A stretch of DNA of 64,000 bases. Source: the human T2T-CHM13v2.0 reference genome, Homo sapiens. Shown here piece after piece: positions 1 to 13,485 of this stretch; positions within the stretch are counted from its first letter, which is position 1, and the number at the start of each line of letters is the position of its first letter. The notes under the pieces are model-generated. The model had not been told where the DNA came from and did no database searches. It saw only the letters and a list, made by a program, of their open reading frames with translations. Where the stretch lies: the NCBI RefSeq assembly GCF_009914755.1, contig NC_060932.1; one strand, 5' to 3'. The position numbers were made by a program, and so were the translations under genes.

Positions 1-182
1 GGTAACCCTGACACATAAACATAGTGCTTGCCATATAGTAGGTGCTAAACAAATCTTGTCTAATTGAATTCAGGTACCTTGTAACCTCATAATTTGCAAA
101 CCGTTAATTTAAATGACTTCAGATTATTCTTCCTTTCTTAACTTCTATTACTATAGAATGTGCCATCAAAATACCAAGGTCA

Positions 183-446
183 CTGAGGTGGGAGGATCAC
201 TTGAGCTCATGAGTTTGAGACCAGCCTGTGCAACATGGCAAAATCCCATCTCCACAAAAAATGCAAAAATTAGCCAGGCATGGTGGCTGGTGCCTGTAGT
301 CCCAGCTACTCAAAAGGCTGAGATCAGAGGATGGCTTGAGCCCAGGAGGCAGAGGTTGCAGTGAGCCAACAACCAAGATCACGCCACTGTACTCCAGCCT
401 GGATGATAGAGCCAAATCTTGTCTCAAAAAAGAAAAAAAAAAAAAT
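183..446 (+). mobile_element. 5'-truncated AluJ (AluJb-like)
   Basis: ctgaggtgggaggatcacttgag...ccactgtactccagcctgg...gtctc plus A tail; degenerate TSD aaaataccaag / aaaataacaag. Confidence 0.9.
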
Positions 447-2041
447 AACAAGATAAGCATCCTGCAAAGTTAGTGTTCTTACGGCCTTCATGTATATAGT
501 TGCTTCCTTTATAATTTTATCTTGTAAACAACTGCTAAACATAATATTAAAAAAAAAACCCTTGCCTATTAAAAAACTTCTGTTAGCTCTTTCCTCCACA
601 CTGCACCAAACTTTTCTACTTATTTTCTAAAAAATATCCTGTCTTATTTAACGTATGCAAAACTGCCTTTTCCACTCTTGGCTCTCATCTTCAATGGTAT
701 CACATCATTACCTATGGACCACGGACCAGCACAACCACTGACTTATGTTGGTTTCCTCGCTAAAGGTTGAAAGAGGCTAGGATTATCATGATCAAATATT
801 AAGTGAACAGAATGATGACAGGATTCGGTTCCATGGGAAAATTTTTACTTGGGACAAAATTGTTCTCAGAACTGAAGGTATTGCCTAAGTCAGTTATGTT
901 TACTTCAGACTCAAATCAATGTTTTGTGTTTACCTGAGCCTTGGTTACATGTAGAAAAAGTGCTATAAAGCTCTTATTGTAAATACAGTCAGTGTGCAGG
1001 GCCACTCTCTGAGATGCCCCTCGGTCCTCAGCATAACACCTGGGGGAGTGGTAAACATTTGTCAATGTTTGGTGACTGACTTGATAGATCTTGTTAAACC
1101 TCACCATCAAACATCTGAATTATTGAACAAGCTTCTCAAAGCTTTCATTCTCAAAGAAGAAACAAAAGAAAAACAGATGTAAAGAAATTTCAAATTGTAC
1201 AATGTTCTGGTTGTCAAATTTAAATAGGGATCCTGTGTAATGGAGAGGCTGGCTGGTGCCAATTTCACATTTTGTTCTTTGGTATCTGGTCAAAGCCTGA
1301 TCTGCCACAGAGCTGACAAACTGAGAGCGCTCCATGCTCCACAGGCACATGGGAATATTCTACTTTTCTCAGTGTTTCCACACTACATAGGTCAAGGACT
1401 ACATTCACAGTGAAAAGAGTTAAGAGTAATCATCAGCAGAGAGTTTCTTCCATTTTCAAGGTGGCCACATTAGAGTCTGGTTTAGTCAATACTGCCTCTA
1501 AAATAGATTATGTATTAAAATGAGAAATCTATCACCTAATATGGCCAGAGAGATTAAGGGAGTTGGACCAGCTGACCGCAAGAGACACCTTTAATTCAAA
1601 ACCTAAACCACGAACACAGTGATTGTGATTGAGGAGCTTTACAGCACATAAGGGATTCAAAAAGCATATTAATCCACCTCCAGTAACACTGCCAATTTAA
1701 AAGGATGATTAACCTTCTCTCCCACTTGATTCAACCTGGCATATGTATTATTCCACTCTAACTGCTAGCAGACCCCATGCTTATGGCTTCCATTAGGTAG
1801 CATTTAGTATCCATGAAAACTTTCTTCAAGAAGTAATTACTTTTGAGACCATAGGCATTTCAGATGGGAAAAGAGAAAAAGAAAAGAGGTACAAGTAGAG
1901 GAAACTAGGAAAGAGGAAAATACCAAGAAAATGTGGGCAGGCTGATTCAAAAAGGTAATATAAAGGTAATTTAAGTAATATTAGATGAGCATATGTTCTG
2001 TCTCTACTTCAGATGAAGTGCTCATCTGTATGTCAGGAGTT

Positions 2042-2461
2042 GTGTTTGTCTGTTTTGCCATGCTATAAAGAAACAACTGAGGCTGTGTAATTTATAAAGA
2101 GAAGAATTTTATTTGGCTCAAGTTTCTGCAGGCTGTGCAATCATGGCGCCCACATCTGTTCAGCTTCCAGTGAGAGCTTTAAGATGCTTATAATCATAGT
2201 AAAAGGCAAATGGGGAGTCAGCATGTCACATGATGAGAGGGAGCGAGAAAGGAAGGAGGCGGTTCCAAGCACTTTTAAACAATCAGATCATATATAAATG
2301 ATTAGAGGGAGAACTCAGTCATTCCCCTTGGAGAGGGCACCAAGCCACTAATGAGGGATCAGTCCCAAGACCCAAACACCTCCCACCAGGCCACACCTCT
2401 AGCATTGGGGATCACATTTCAATATGAGATTTGGAGAGGACAAAACATCCAAACCATATAG
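2042..2461 (-). mobile_element. MaLR solo LTR, MSTB-like
   Basis: tgctataaagaaacaactgaggctgtgtaatttataaaga...ggggatcacatttcaatatgagatttgg...ccaaaccatat matches the reverse complement of an MST LTR. Confidence 0.85.
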
Positions 2462-3300
2462 GAGCTATACTTTCCTATTATCTAATATATGTCAAAAGCC
2501 TCTTGAAAGAGTTATTTATTGATTCTAGCTTCCTAAGCACCTAGTCTATGAACAGCACAAGCAAGGGAAGTCTGGGGTAGAATGGACCCCACAAAGGCTC
2601 TGGAATTCTCTTACTCATTACCTTTGAGACTAAGCATCCTCTTCTATGTAGTGTTCATAGTACCAAGTGTAGATAGGACATGGAACTACAGAAGGTACCC
2701 AATATGGTGGATTAATAAAAAGTAGGTATTCAATATTACTTTTCCAACAAAACATCTTGTTTTAGGAAAACAAATACGATTTCTTTGCAATGAGGCTTTC
2801 CTGCAAACTCTACACTTCTAAAGAATACGTTTTGTGAACAATTTATTTGTTTGCCTCCCTCTCTTACTCTACTGACAATATTCAGGCAGGGTTACTTCCA
2901 TGGAGTTTGACTTGTATTTCAGATCTACTTTCCTGCTCTTCCTTTCCACTCACCCTCATTCAAAACATTATGATCCTCTGTTACAATGCAAACAAACCTG
3001 GGAAAATTTGAAGCAAAATATCACTAACAGCCAGCTCTATTATGAATATACCAGGGGTTAAATTGTAAGTGATGAAGCCAGGATGAAAGCCTGTATTTGT
3101 CTGACTTCAAAAATCATCAGTCTCACTGCTGTATAATGCTGCTGCTCTGAAACTCAGATAAAGGCAGAGAATCGAGAGGAGACACCTGACGAAAAGGAGA
3201 AGGCAAACCAAGAGAAAAGCTTAATTATTTTAGAATCAGAAAAAGATTTATATTGTTTTACAGAATATGGTATAAGATAGTGTTAAAATAAAATGCCTCA

Positions 3301-3618
<318 letters not shown>

Positions 3619-5540
3619 TTCCTCAAAGTGAGAGAGCAACCTAATGGAACCCTGTTGAGGTAGGGCCCTTAATAAGCCACACCATACTGTTGGTCCTATC
3701 CTGCCAGAAAGTCGAATGACAGGGGATACTGATTTGCATCACACTGGCATTAGGAGCTGACCTAATTTTAATAAAGTTTTACTTCATGGACTGAAGTTCA
3801 TTTAATGAAAGGGTGAGCTCTTTCCTCAAGAAATGCCTTTATGAAATAATCAAAGAGGTAAGATTGGTGATATTAACTGCTCTAAGTACAGAATTTTGTT
3901 TGGCAAAAAGAGGTATCAATCAGAAAAAGAAGTGACCAATAATTATTTTATATCATCGTTTCACAAGTAGGTATTAAACCTATTTTTAGATTAATTAACT
4001 TCTAAGTAAAGTTTATCAAATATATTCATTTAAAGAAAACCTGTGCAAGCCCCTGAAAACAATAGGTATTTTATCAGAAGTGACCAGGCCACCAGACACC
4101 TACCCCAGAGTTACTTCTGCAAATGGCTACCATATAGTAATTTCTGACAAGAAGAAGTAATAATCAAGTTTCTTTAAGAAGCCGGTAGGAAAAAAAATTT
4201 AACATTTTATGATAAAATTTGTTCCAGCTGATTCCTCAGATCTTAGAGGCATGCATTAGTTCCCCCTAGGTGGGAGTGAATCTTGCCTCTAGAAAATGCT
4301 TCTTGAAAAATAGCATTAAAATCTTTTATTTCTTATTGTAAAAACTGCATATGTTATTAGAAGACCACAAAAATGCTGATATTCACTATAAAATTATGTT
4401 ATAGTAGTGGAAATGAAGGTAAAAGCAACTTGCATTTTATTGTAATTCTACCAAAAAAAAGGAGGTTCTTTTCCACAAAGACTCTCATCAATGCTAATTT
4501 GAAGAGAAATATTTGTAGCTGTCTTACAGCTTAGTAGTGACAGATTTGCACTTTTTTACCTGCCTGTCATGTGGAAAATGGTACACACTTTGGGTGGGGC
4601 TTCATGCTGCGGTAGGAAAAGAAAGAAAATGACACTCATTAACTCTGTGCTTTAACTAGCTCAGCTAATGGTCTTCAGGATTTCTAAACAGAAGCAATTA
4701 GAAAGAACTTTAAATTTTACGTGTTTCTTCAGAAGGATGAAAAGTTGAGATATTTTAATCCTGGCTTTATTATTTGGAGGACACAAGAGTTACATTACTC
4801 TCTGTCAAAGCAGAAATCAACCTCTTGCAAGGAATAAATGTTAATTAGGACAAACAGATTAAGCATATTACATTAAGTATATTTGTTTCTTTCCTGAGCA
4901 CTTCAGCTGCAGAAGCTCTAACCACAGTTTCCGGAGTGACCATCAATGCTTCTTAAAAATGCCAATACAGTTACAGTGTTCTATCCAATTAGCAGATGCA
5001 TAGACCAGTCAGAATGCTGATGTATTCCTTAAAGGAGGTGCAGGTGGGAACCAAATGGAATCAGAGAATATTATCTGTCTTGTGTGCTTTACAAACCAAG
5101 ACTCCTTCTATTTCTATTTCTTCTCATGACTCCTCCATCTCGTCCTTTTCCTACATTGTCTAGTATGCGTTCTACAAGTCTCCAATAAGAGAAAACAGAA
5201 AATGCTCAGGAAAAAGATGACTACTTCAATATAGAAAGTTTCCCCGTTCAACATGAGGAGAACCTAGAGTTACCAGGGAACATCCCCCTCCTGAAATAAC
5301 TGTGTGAAACACAGAGACTTCCAAAATTTTCCCAAGTTCCCACTGAATGGGCTATAAGCGATTATAATTATTATTTCTTAAGAACAGTAGATAAAAGGAT
5401 TCTGTTGTATGCTACAATCCTTAATGATTAAACGTGTTTACCTTCCTTTTTTGTTTTTCTTGTCCCAGGTTCCAGGTGACAGTGGCAGTAACAGATACCC
5501 AGATGATATGAGGACAGAACTACAATGGTGCATTGAATGC

Positions 5541-5567
5541 AAAAAAAAAAAAAAAAAAAAAAAAAAA
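5541..5567 (+). repeat. poly(A) tract of about 27 nt
   Basis: Uninterrupted A run with no recognisable retroelement attached. Confidence 0.9.
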
Positions 5568-6373
5568 CAAACAGCCAGTAAAGGTACCCGTAAATTTCTA
5601 AGGTGAATCAGTGTCAAACAAAGCAACAACCTTCCCCCAAGGGAATTAGGAGCAAATTTTTGCTCCTATTAATAAATTCAAGAAACAATTTTGAGCTTAT
5701 CAGTGACCACTATTTCTAAAGCAACCAATAGCTTTATAACTATTAGTTTACTTAGACTTTATTTAATGCAATCATTCAGAAATGTTAAACAGTTCTCTAG
5801 AGCAGTGTTATGGATACAAAATGCTTTCATAAGCTCAATGTCTGTGTTTTTATGTTGTGTAAACACTGGAATTACAGTAGAAAATCTGGTAAACTTGAGA
5901 GGAAACACCAGATGTCAGCAATTTGCTGTGTAAGATTTAGAGTGGGCAACGCTGTTAACCTTCATCAGAAACAATATTGGTGGGCCAAACCACAAGGGCT
6001 CTCCCATCCGTCACATTCACCGGGGATAATGTGAATAAAGACCTGAGGTCAGTCAGACATGAGCCACTATGCACAGATTCCACTAGCAAGAAATGGCCTC
6101 AGCCGGCTCTTGTTATTGGAGAAAATAACCCTCTAGGAATCAGAAGGATTCTTATTTTCAGTTTTAGAGAAGGAAGGATGCTATTTAAACTTTGATCAAA
6201 TGTTGTTCTTAATAGCTCTTAATTGTGCTGGGTACACAGGATTTCACATAGTAAGAATAAAAGATTTCCCAGATAAAAGATTTTTTGTTGTTGTTTTGCT
6301 ATAGTATGTTCATTGTACAGCACATAGAGATGAGGTCAAAATTTCTTTGAAAAAATAAGTTTATAAAGAGTTC

Positions 6374-6904
6374 TATTAGGTTCCAGCCCCAGCTGAAGTC
6401 TGAGGGGAGTGGGCGGATTAGTGGCTAATAGCTGAAAGAACCCCTGGGGGGGGCCACAGGCAATCAAAATATGGTTTTATTCAGCAGCAGCTCTCTCAGC
6501 AGCAGCTCTCTCACCCTGTCTGCTCTGTCTCAGCTGCTTGCTCTGGCCGCTCCCACACACAGCTGCGCAGCCGGCTCTTCCTTTAGGATCAGTAGCTTAA
6601 CTCTTCTCTCTCTGGGCATGAGCAAGCCCAGCTGTGTCCTGGCTCTCCCCTGTCCATCCGCAAGATGAACACAGCTCTGGCTGTCTCTATCTGGGCACAA
6701 GTGCATCTATACAGAGTCAGCAAGGCAATTACACCTTTTACAGACAATAGTGGTGTAGAGCCAAGTGATGGCCTTCCCATGGTATGGCTACTTAGCTGTG
6801 TTTACATTATACATGGAATTGTGTGCCTGCGATCCAATCCCGCTGAGTCATGAGGATGTTCACCTCGGCCACTCCTTGATTGAAGTGAATCCATGTACCT
6901 TACA
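6374..6904 (-). mobile_element. ERVL solo LTR, LTR18B-like
   Basis: Minus strand starts tgtaaggtacatgga (LTR18 5' end) and contains aataaa near its 3' end; 5-bp TSD agttc / agtac. Confidence 0.8.
6842..6851 (-). promoter_or_regulatory. AP-1 / ARE-like site (ATGACTCAGC) within LTR18B
   Basis: Plus strand gctgagtcat; TGAGTCA at 6844-6850. Confidence 0.5.
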
Positions 6905-7191
6905 AGTACATGATGATCTATTTTTCAAATATACCAAGTGAAAGGAACATGATGAAATTGAAAAGATGGAAGAAGAGAGATGAACATCCCTGATGTTCAA
7001 TTGTGTCCCATCCTCTGGTGTAAGAACATGGCTACTACATAACTACTTTAATCCTGATAGATTTTCAAAAAATAACAGAATCTTCCAGACTTTGGTAGCC
7101 CTTGATAATTGCCTCTTGCCTCATGCCAACCCTCTCACACATACTTATTTTCATCAGCTACCTTCAGAGTTGTTTTCCTTTGTATAATTAT

Positions 7192-7640
7192 TGCAGTAGA
7201 TTGTTAGAATATTGGCACCCAATGAATCATGCCACACTGTATTCCTCACCATTGTGTGGTTCTCACCCACATTACCCTAGGTTCAGTCATGTGACTCATT
7301 TTGGCCGAATGGTATGTTAACATCTGAGGCTTGGACGGCTCTTCTGAACCAGAGCTTATCCTTATGGAACACTTGCCATCTGAAGAAGCTTGAGGTAGCC
7401 TGATGGAGACACCTGGCCTGGCCAACAGTCAGCCCCAGTGGCCAGACCTGTGAGAGCAACCAGCCTCATCTGATTTGCTAGCTGATAATAGACTAATGGG
7501 TAACCTCCAGTGAAATCAATGTAGATCCACCCAGCGAACATCAGCTTGAATTGTTAATTCACAAATTATGAGCAGATAAAATGCTTGCCATTTTAAACTA
7601 CCAAGTTTAGGTGTGATTTATAATATAGCAATAGATACAA
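7192..7640 (+). mobile_element. Old MaLR LTR (MLT1G/H-like)
   Basis: catgtgactcattttggccgaatgg internal motif and an MLT1-type 3' end (ttttaaactaccaagtttagg...atagcaatagataca). Confidence 0.7.
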
Positions 7641-8962
7641 GTACTTTAGCATTAGATTATCTCCCAATTTTATACCACCTTTTTCTTCAAATGAGTATCC
7701 CTTTCTCCCAGATTCCATAAAAGAGATAACAGCTAATATAGCTTTAACACCTTTCTTCAATTTAAATATATATATTCATAGGCTTAAAAATAACTGTTTT
7801 AGTAAACTCTAATTCCTTGTCACAAATTGATTTGCTTCATTTACCATAAAAAGTAATGCAGAATTATAATAACCTTGTAAATTTTGAAGCTCTAAAAGTG
7901 TTTTACCTCTTGCTTTCAAGTCGGGGTGTACTTTATGTGGACATTCACTTTTGCAATGTGATTCCAGGAAAGGAGAGGTTTCATTTTAAACCCTGAGTCT
8001 AAAGCATCTTAGGATATTTTACCTGAGAAAAATGACATATTAATCCATTATCGGCCATTAAGCCTGCAGTTTTCTTTATTTTCTAAATTCCCTATCTTAT
8101 GCAGACGGTACAAAACTGCCATGATTAGGAGAAACGTAGTACAGAAAGAGCCCCCCAAATGGGATAGTGCCCAATCATGTCATTATACTGAAGCAGGGGA
8201 GCTATGGGGCAACTTGCCGCCAGGAAAAGGAACAGGTAAAATGTAATGAGGATTAAAATAATGAGTCCTATAATTTAATTTTAAATATGAATGTCAAAGG
8301 ATTCTGGGAATTATGGTGGCTACAGAGAAGGTGTTTCTGTCTCAGAATATCCTACTCCTTCCCCATAAGATACACCCACACACACAAAGAAAGAAAAAAA
8401 CTACGATAGCAAAACCAAAAATTTGCTGACAATATCAATAATATGATGTCCAAATGAACTGCAACATACTACCACGTGAGGACAAAGCAATGACAGCAAA
8501 AAGACCTACATGTGGTATTCCACTGTGCAAGGAAGTTGGGGGAAGAAGATGTAATTATATTATTTCAGAGAGCAGGAGAATTCCACAATTGCCATGAAGA
8601 ATTCACTGAGAACAGCAGCAGAAACTAAGAGTTGGCATTAAAGACTCCAATTTGCAGGTGAGTGCAAGAACTGCAAGATGGTCTGAGAGTGCTAAAGTGG
8701 TCTAGTGTTAATGAAACCTTGACACTTTACCAAACCAAAGCACCCTTCCAGAACAAATTCCCATGCTTAACAAGACAGAGAAAGTGAAGGTCCTGAAAAA
8801 AGGAGGGCAAAGGAGGAAGATTTTAGAAATTATAAGGCCTTTTTTTTTAAAAAAAAAAATCACATTATGAAAACAATAGAAGAAAGTGAACACTGGTGTT
8901 TTGAAGCTAGGAAATATATTCTGATCTACCTTTCCCTCCTAAAGGGGAAATCATTTTATTTA

Positions 8963-9307
<345 letters not shown>

Positions 9308-9514
9308 TAAAAGTGGGCAACAGAAAAGTAGTCTAGTTAAATTCTAAAGAAATTTAGTAGTGGGGAAATAAAGGAAAATAAGAATGGGAAGAAAGTCCTA
9401 ATACATACTGAATCACGTCAGAAAGACATGCTCACAAAAGAGACAAAATCTGTTACCTAATAATTCAAAAAAGGATATAGGAATTTAAACAGTGATATAG
9501 CGAATTTAAACATG

Positions 9515-10556
<1,042 letters not shown>

Positions 10557-10644
10557 CATAAAACAGAATTAGCAAAATTCAGAAATAAATGATTGAAGAA
10601 TAGGAAGATTTAAAAAGAAAGTTGAAAGAACTCAGTAAATAATC

Positions 10645-11820
10645 TTTTTTTTATTATACTTTAAGTTTTAGGGTACATGTACACAATGTGCAGGTTTGTT
10701 CATATATATACATGTGCCATGTTGGTGTGCTGCACCCATTAACTCATCATTTAACATTAGGTATATCTCCAATGCTATCCCTCCGCCCTCCCTGCACCCC
10801 ACAACAGGCCCCAGTGTGCGATGTTCCCCTTCCTGTGTCCATGTGTTCTCATTGTTCAATTCCCACCTATGAGTGAGAACATGCGGTGTTTGGTTTTTTG
10901 TCCTTGGGATAGTTTGCTGAGAATGATGGTTTCCAGCTTCATCCATGTCCCTACAAAGAACATGAACTCATCATTTTTTATGGCTGCATAGTATTCCATG
11001 GTGTATATGTGCCACATTTTCTTAATCCAGTCTATCATTGATGGACATTTGGGTTGGTATCAAGTCTTTGCTATTGCGAATAGTGCCACAATAAACATAC
11101 GTGTGCATGTGTCTTTATAGCAGCATGATTTATAATCCTTTGGGTATATACGCAGTAATGGGATTGCTGGGTCAAATGGTATTTCTAGTTCTAGATCCCT
11201 GAGGAATCGCCACACTGACTTCCACAATGGTTGAACTAGTTTACAGTCCCACCAACAGTGTAAAAGTGTTCCTGTTTCTCCACATCCTCTCCAGCACTTG
11301 TTGTTTCCCGACTTTTTAATGATCGCCATTCTAACTGGTGTGAGATGGTGTCTCATTGTGGTTTTGATTTGCATTTCTCTGATGGCCAGTGATGATGAGC
11401 ATGTTTTCATGGGTCTTTTGGCTGCATAAATGTCTTCTTTTGAGAAGTGTCTGTTCATATCCTTCACCCACTTGTTGATGGGGTTGTTTTTTTCCTGTAA
11501 ATTTGTTGGAGTTCATTGTAGATTCTGGATATTAGCCCTTTGTCAGATGAGTAGATTGTGAAAATTTTCTACCATTCTGTAGGTTTCCTGTTCACTCTGA
11601 TGGTAGTTTCTTTTGCTGTGCAGAAGCTCTTTAGTTTAATTAGATCCCATTTGTCAATTTTGGCTTTTGTTGCCATTGCTTTTGGTGTTTTAGACATGAA
11701 GTCCTTGCCCATGCCTATGTCCTGAATGGTATTGCCTAGGTTTTCTTCTAGGGTTTTTATGGTTTTAGGTCTAACATTTAAATCTTTAATCCATCTTGAA
11801 TTAATTTTAGTATAAGGTGT
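10645..11820 (-). mobile_element. 5'-truncated L1PA (L1PA4-like), about 1.18 kb
   Basis: Close match to the primate L1 3'UTR and ORF2 C-terminus (ORF track 11060-11467 translates as ORF2p); TSD aataatct at 10638-10645 and 11821-11828. Confidence 0.95.
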
Positions 11821-12204
11821 AATAATCTGTTTTTTTTTTAAATCACTTCTTGAATGAAGGTTAAACTAAAAGGAACTCAAGTTTGTATAAACACAATGGA
11901 TGACGTCTCCTTGGAGAAATAGCTAATTTTAAATCCAGAATACGAAATGAACAAGATGTTTCCAGAAAGCTTAGAAGACAACCAAAATCTCCTGAGAACA
12001 TCTTAAAAGGACTCCAGGGCCACTTGTATAGAATCTATGTTTCTAAGATGAGACAGTTTCAGGACTGATAATTATAATAACCTCATTTAAAAAAATAAAA
12101 GAAATGAAACAATTGATCATCTTTAGGAAAAGCTTTAAAGTCTTTTTTTTTTTGTAAACTGATAAATCTTTTTTTCTAAAGAAGCATTCTTTTCTTTTAA
12201 AAGA

Positions 12205-13050
12205 AGCAATCACCCAGCCATTCCTATTTGCACTGAAACTCAGAGAAGCCAAATACTTAAGGACAACATTCTAGCTAATAAAGAAAGAATAGTAATACAA
12301 TTAGTAGAATATCTCTTGGCATTCTTTAATAGGTTATGGATCTAGCCATTGATCATTAATGGCTGTGACATCAAAATCAGACAACCAGATGCTTGAAAAC
12401 TCCTTTGGAATTAATCAACATCACCTACAAAGTAAAAATGCCAAAAAATCAAACCTGAATCTGGTTCAACCCTATAGATTTTTTGACCAATTGACAGCAT
12501 ATAGAGGTCAAAAGAGCATGGTAAATGTACAAGCGTGAAGGGGAAGCAATCAGCATAATCCAGCCAAGATTCTACAGGATGACTGTTTTGGATTCAACAA
12601 CAAATAAATAATTGCAAGAAAATAAAAACAGATGGAATTTTTTAAATTCTATAGTTTAAAATATATTGTATTTGGATTTGTATTTTAAAAATGGTTAAGA
12701 AAATTAAAGTACATCTATAAGACCATCAAGAAAATGTGAAATGTCTGAATATTTATTGATTTTAAAGAATTATTGTTATTTGGGGGTGTGTGATATTGAC
12801 ATTGTGGCTACGTTTTAAAAAAATTGAGTTCTTACAATATAGAAATATACATACTAAAATTTTTACTGAGAAAAAGAAGTTTGGAATATGCTTCAGAATT
12901 TCTGGGCTTATGGTGATGGTAACATAGGGTATAAAGAAAATACATTTGTAATTTGGTCAGTAATTGATATTAAAGAGACTGATTGATGAACATTTCTACT
13001 TTTTTCTAATTCTGTAGCTATTTGGAAATTTGCATACTAAAACATTTTTT
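12205..13050 (+). mobile_element. Old L1 3'UTR (L1MC4/5-like)
   Basis: aaacctgaatctggttcaaccctatagat...gcaatcagcataatccag...tctacagga motifs typical of the L1MC 3' end. Confidence 0.6.
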
Positions 13051-13485
13051 GTAAATGCAGATAGATTTGAAATTTGTTCTTCTGAGCTCTATGAAAGAAT
13101 AAAGTCATTCTTAAGCTAGGAGTCTTCTTTTCTAGCCAATAATTCTAATTATAATTCTGTCTCACATCTCTAAATCTGGAACTCTGGAACCCAGACTGAC
13201 CTGAGGTCTGTGAGTGGTAAAATAGACAAGAACAATAAAAAGGATTTTAAATCTTACCTAGAAGAAGACAACAAAGAGGGATGGCGTGTGCTTGGTCTGG
13301 GGCAAATGGAGTAGTATCAATATAATACAAAAATATATGCTTTTTTTCTGAAAACCAGTATAGATTTTACTGTGACATTTTTTCACTTTTAGTATTAAAA
13401 TAAATTTACTGTTTGGGCAACATTTAAATTATCATATATTCAAAGCCTAGAAATGACCACCTAGGCTGAAATTAAGTTAAATCTA

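Noticed and set aside
113-599. Alu-overlapping ORFs here and at 3360, 9866, 21217, 53920, 57390 and 62359
   Set aside because: Standard Alu translation artefacts.
10668-11516. ORFs with clear protein homology (e.g. [14 protein letters not shown]...)
   Set aside because: Broken C-terminal fragments of L1 ORF2p and 3'UTR in a 5'-truncated L1PA4, not a gene.
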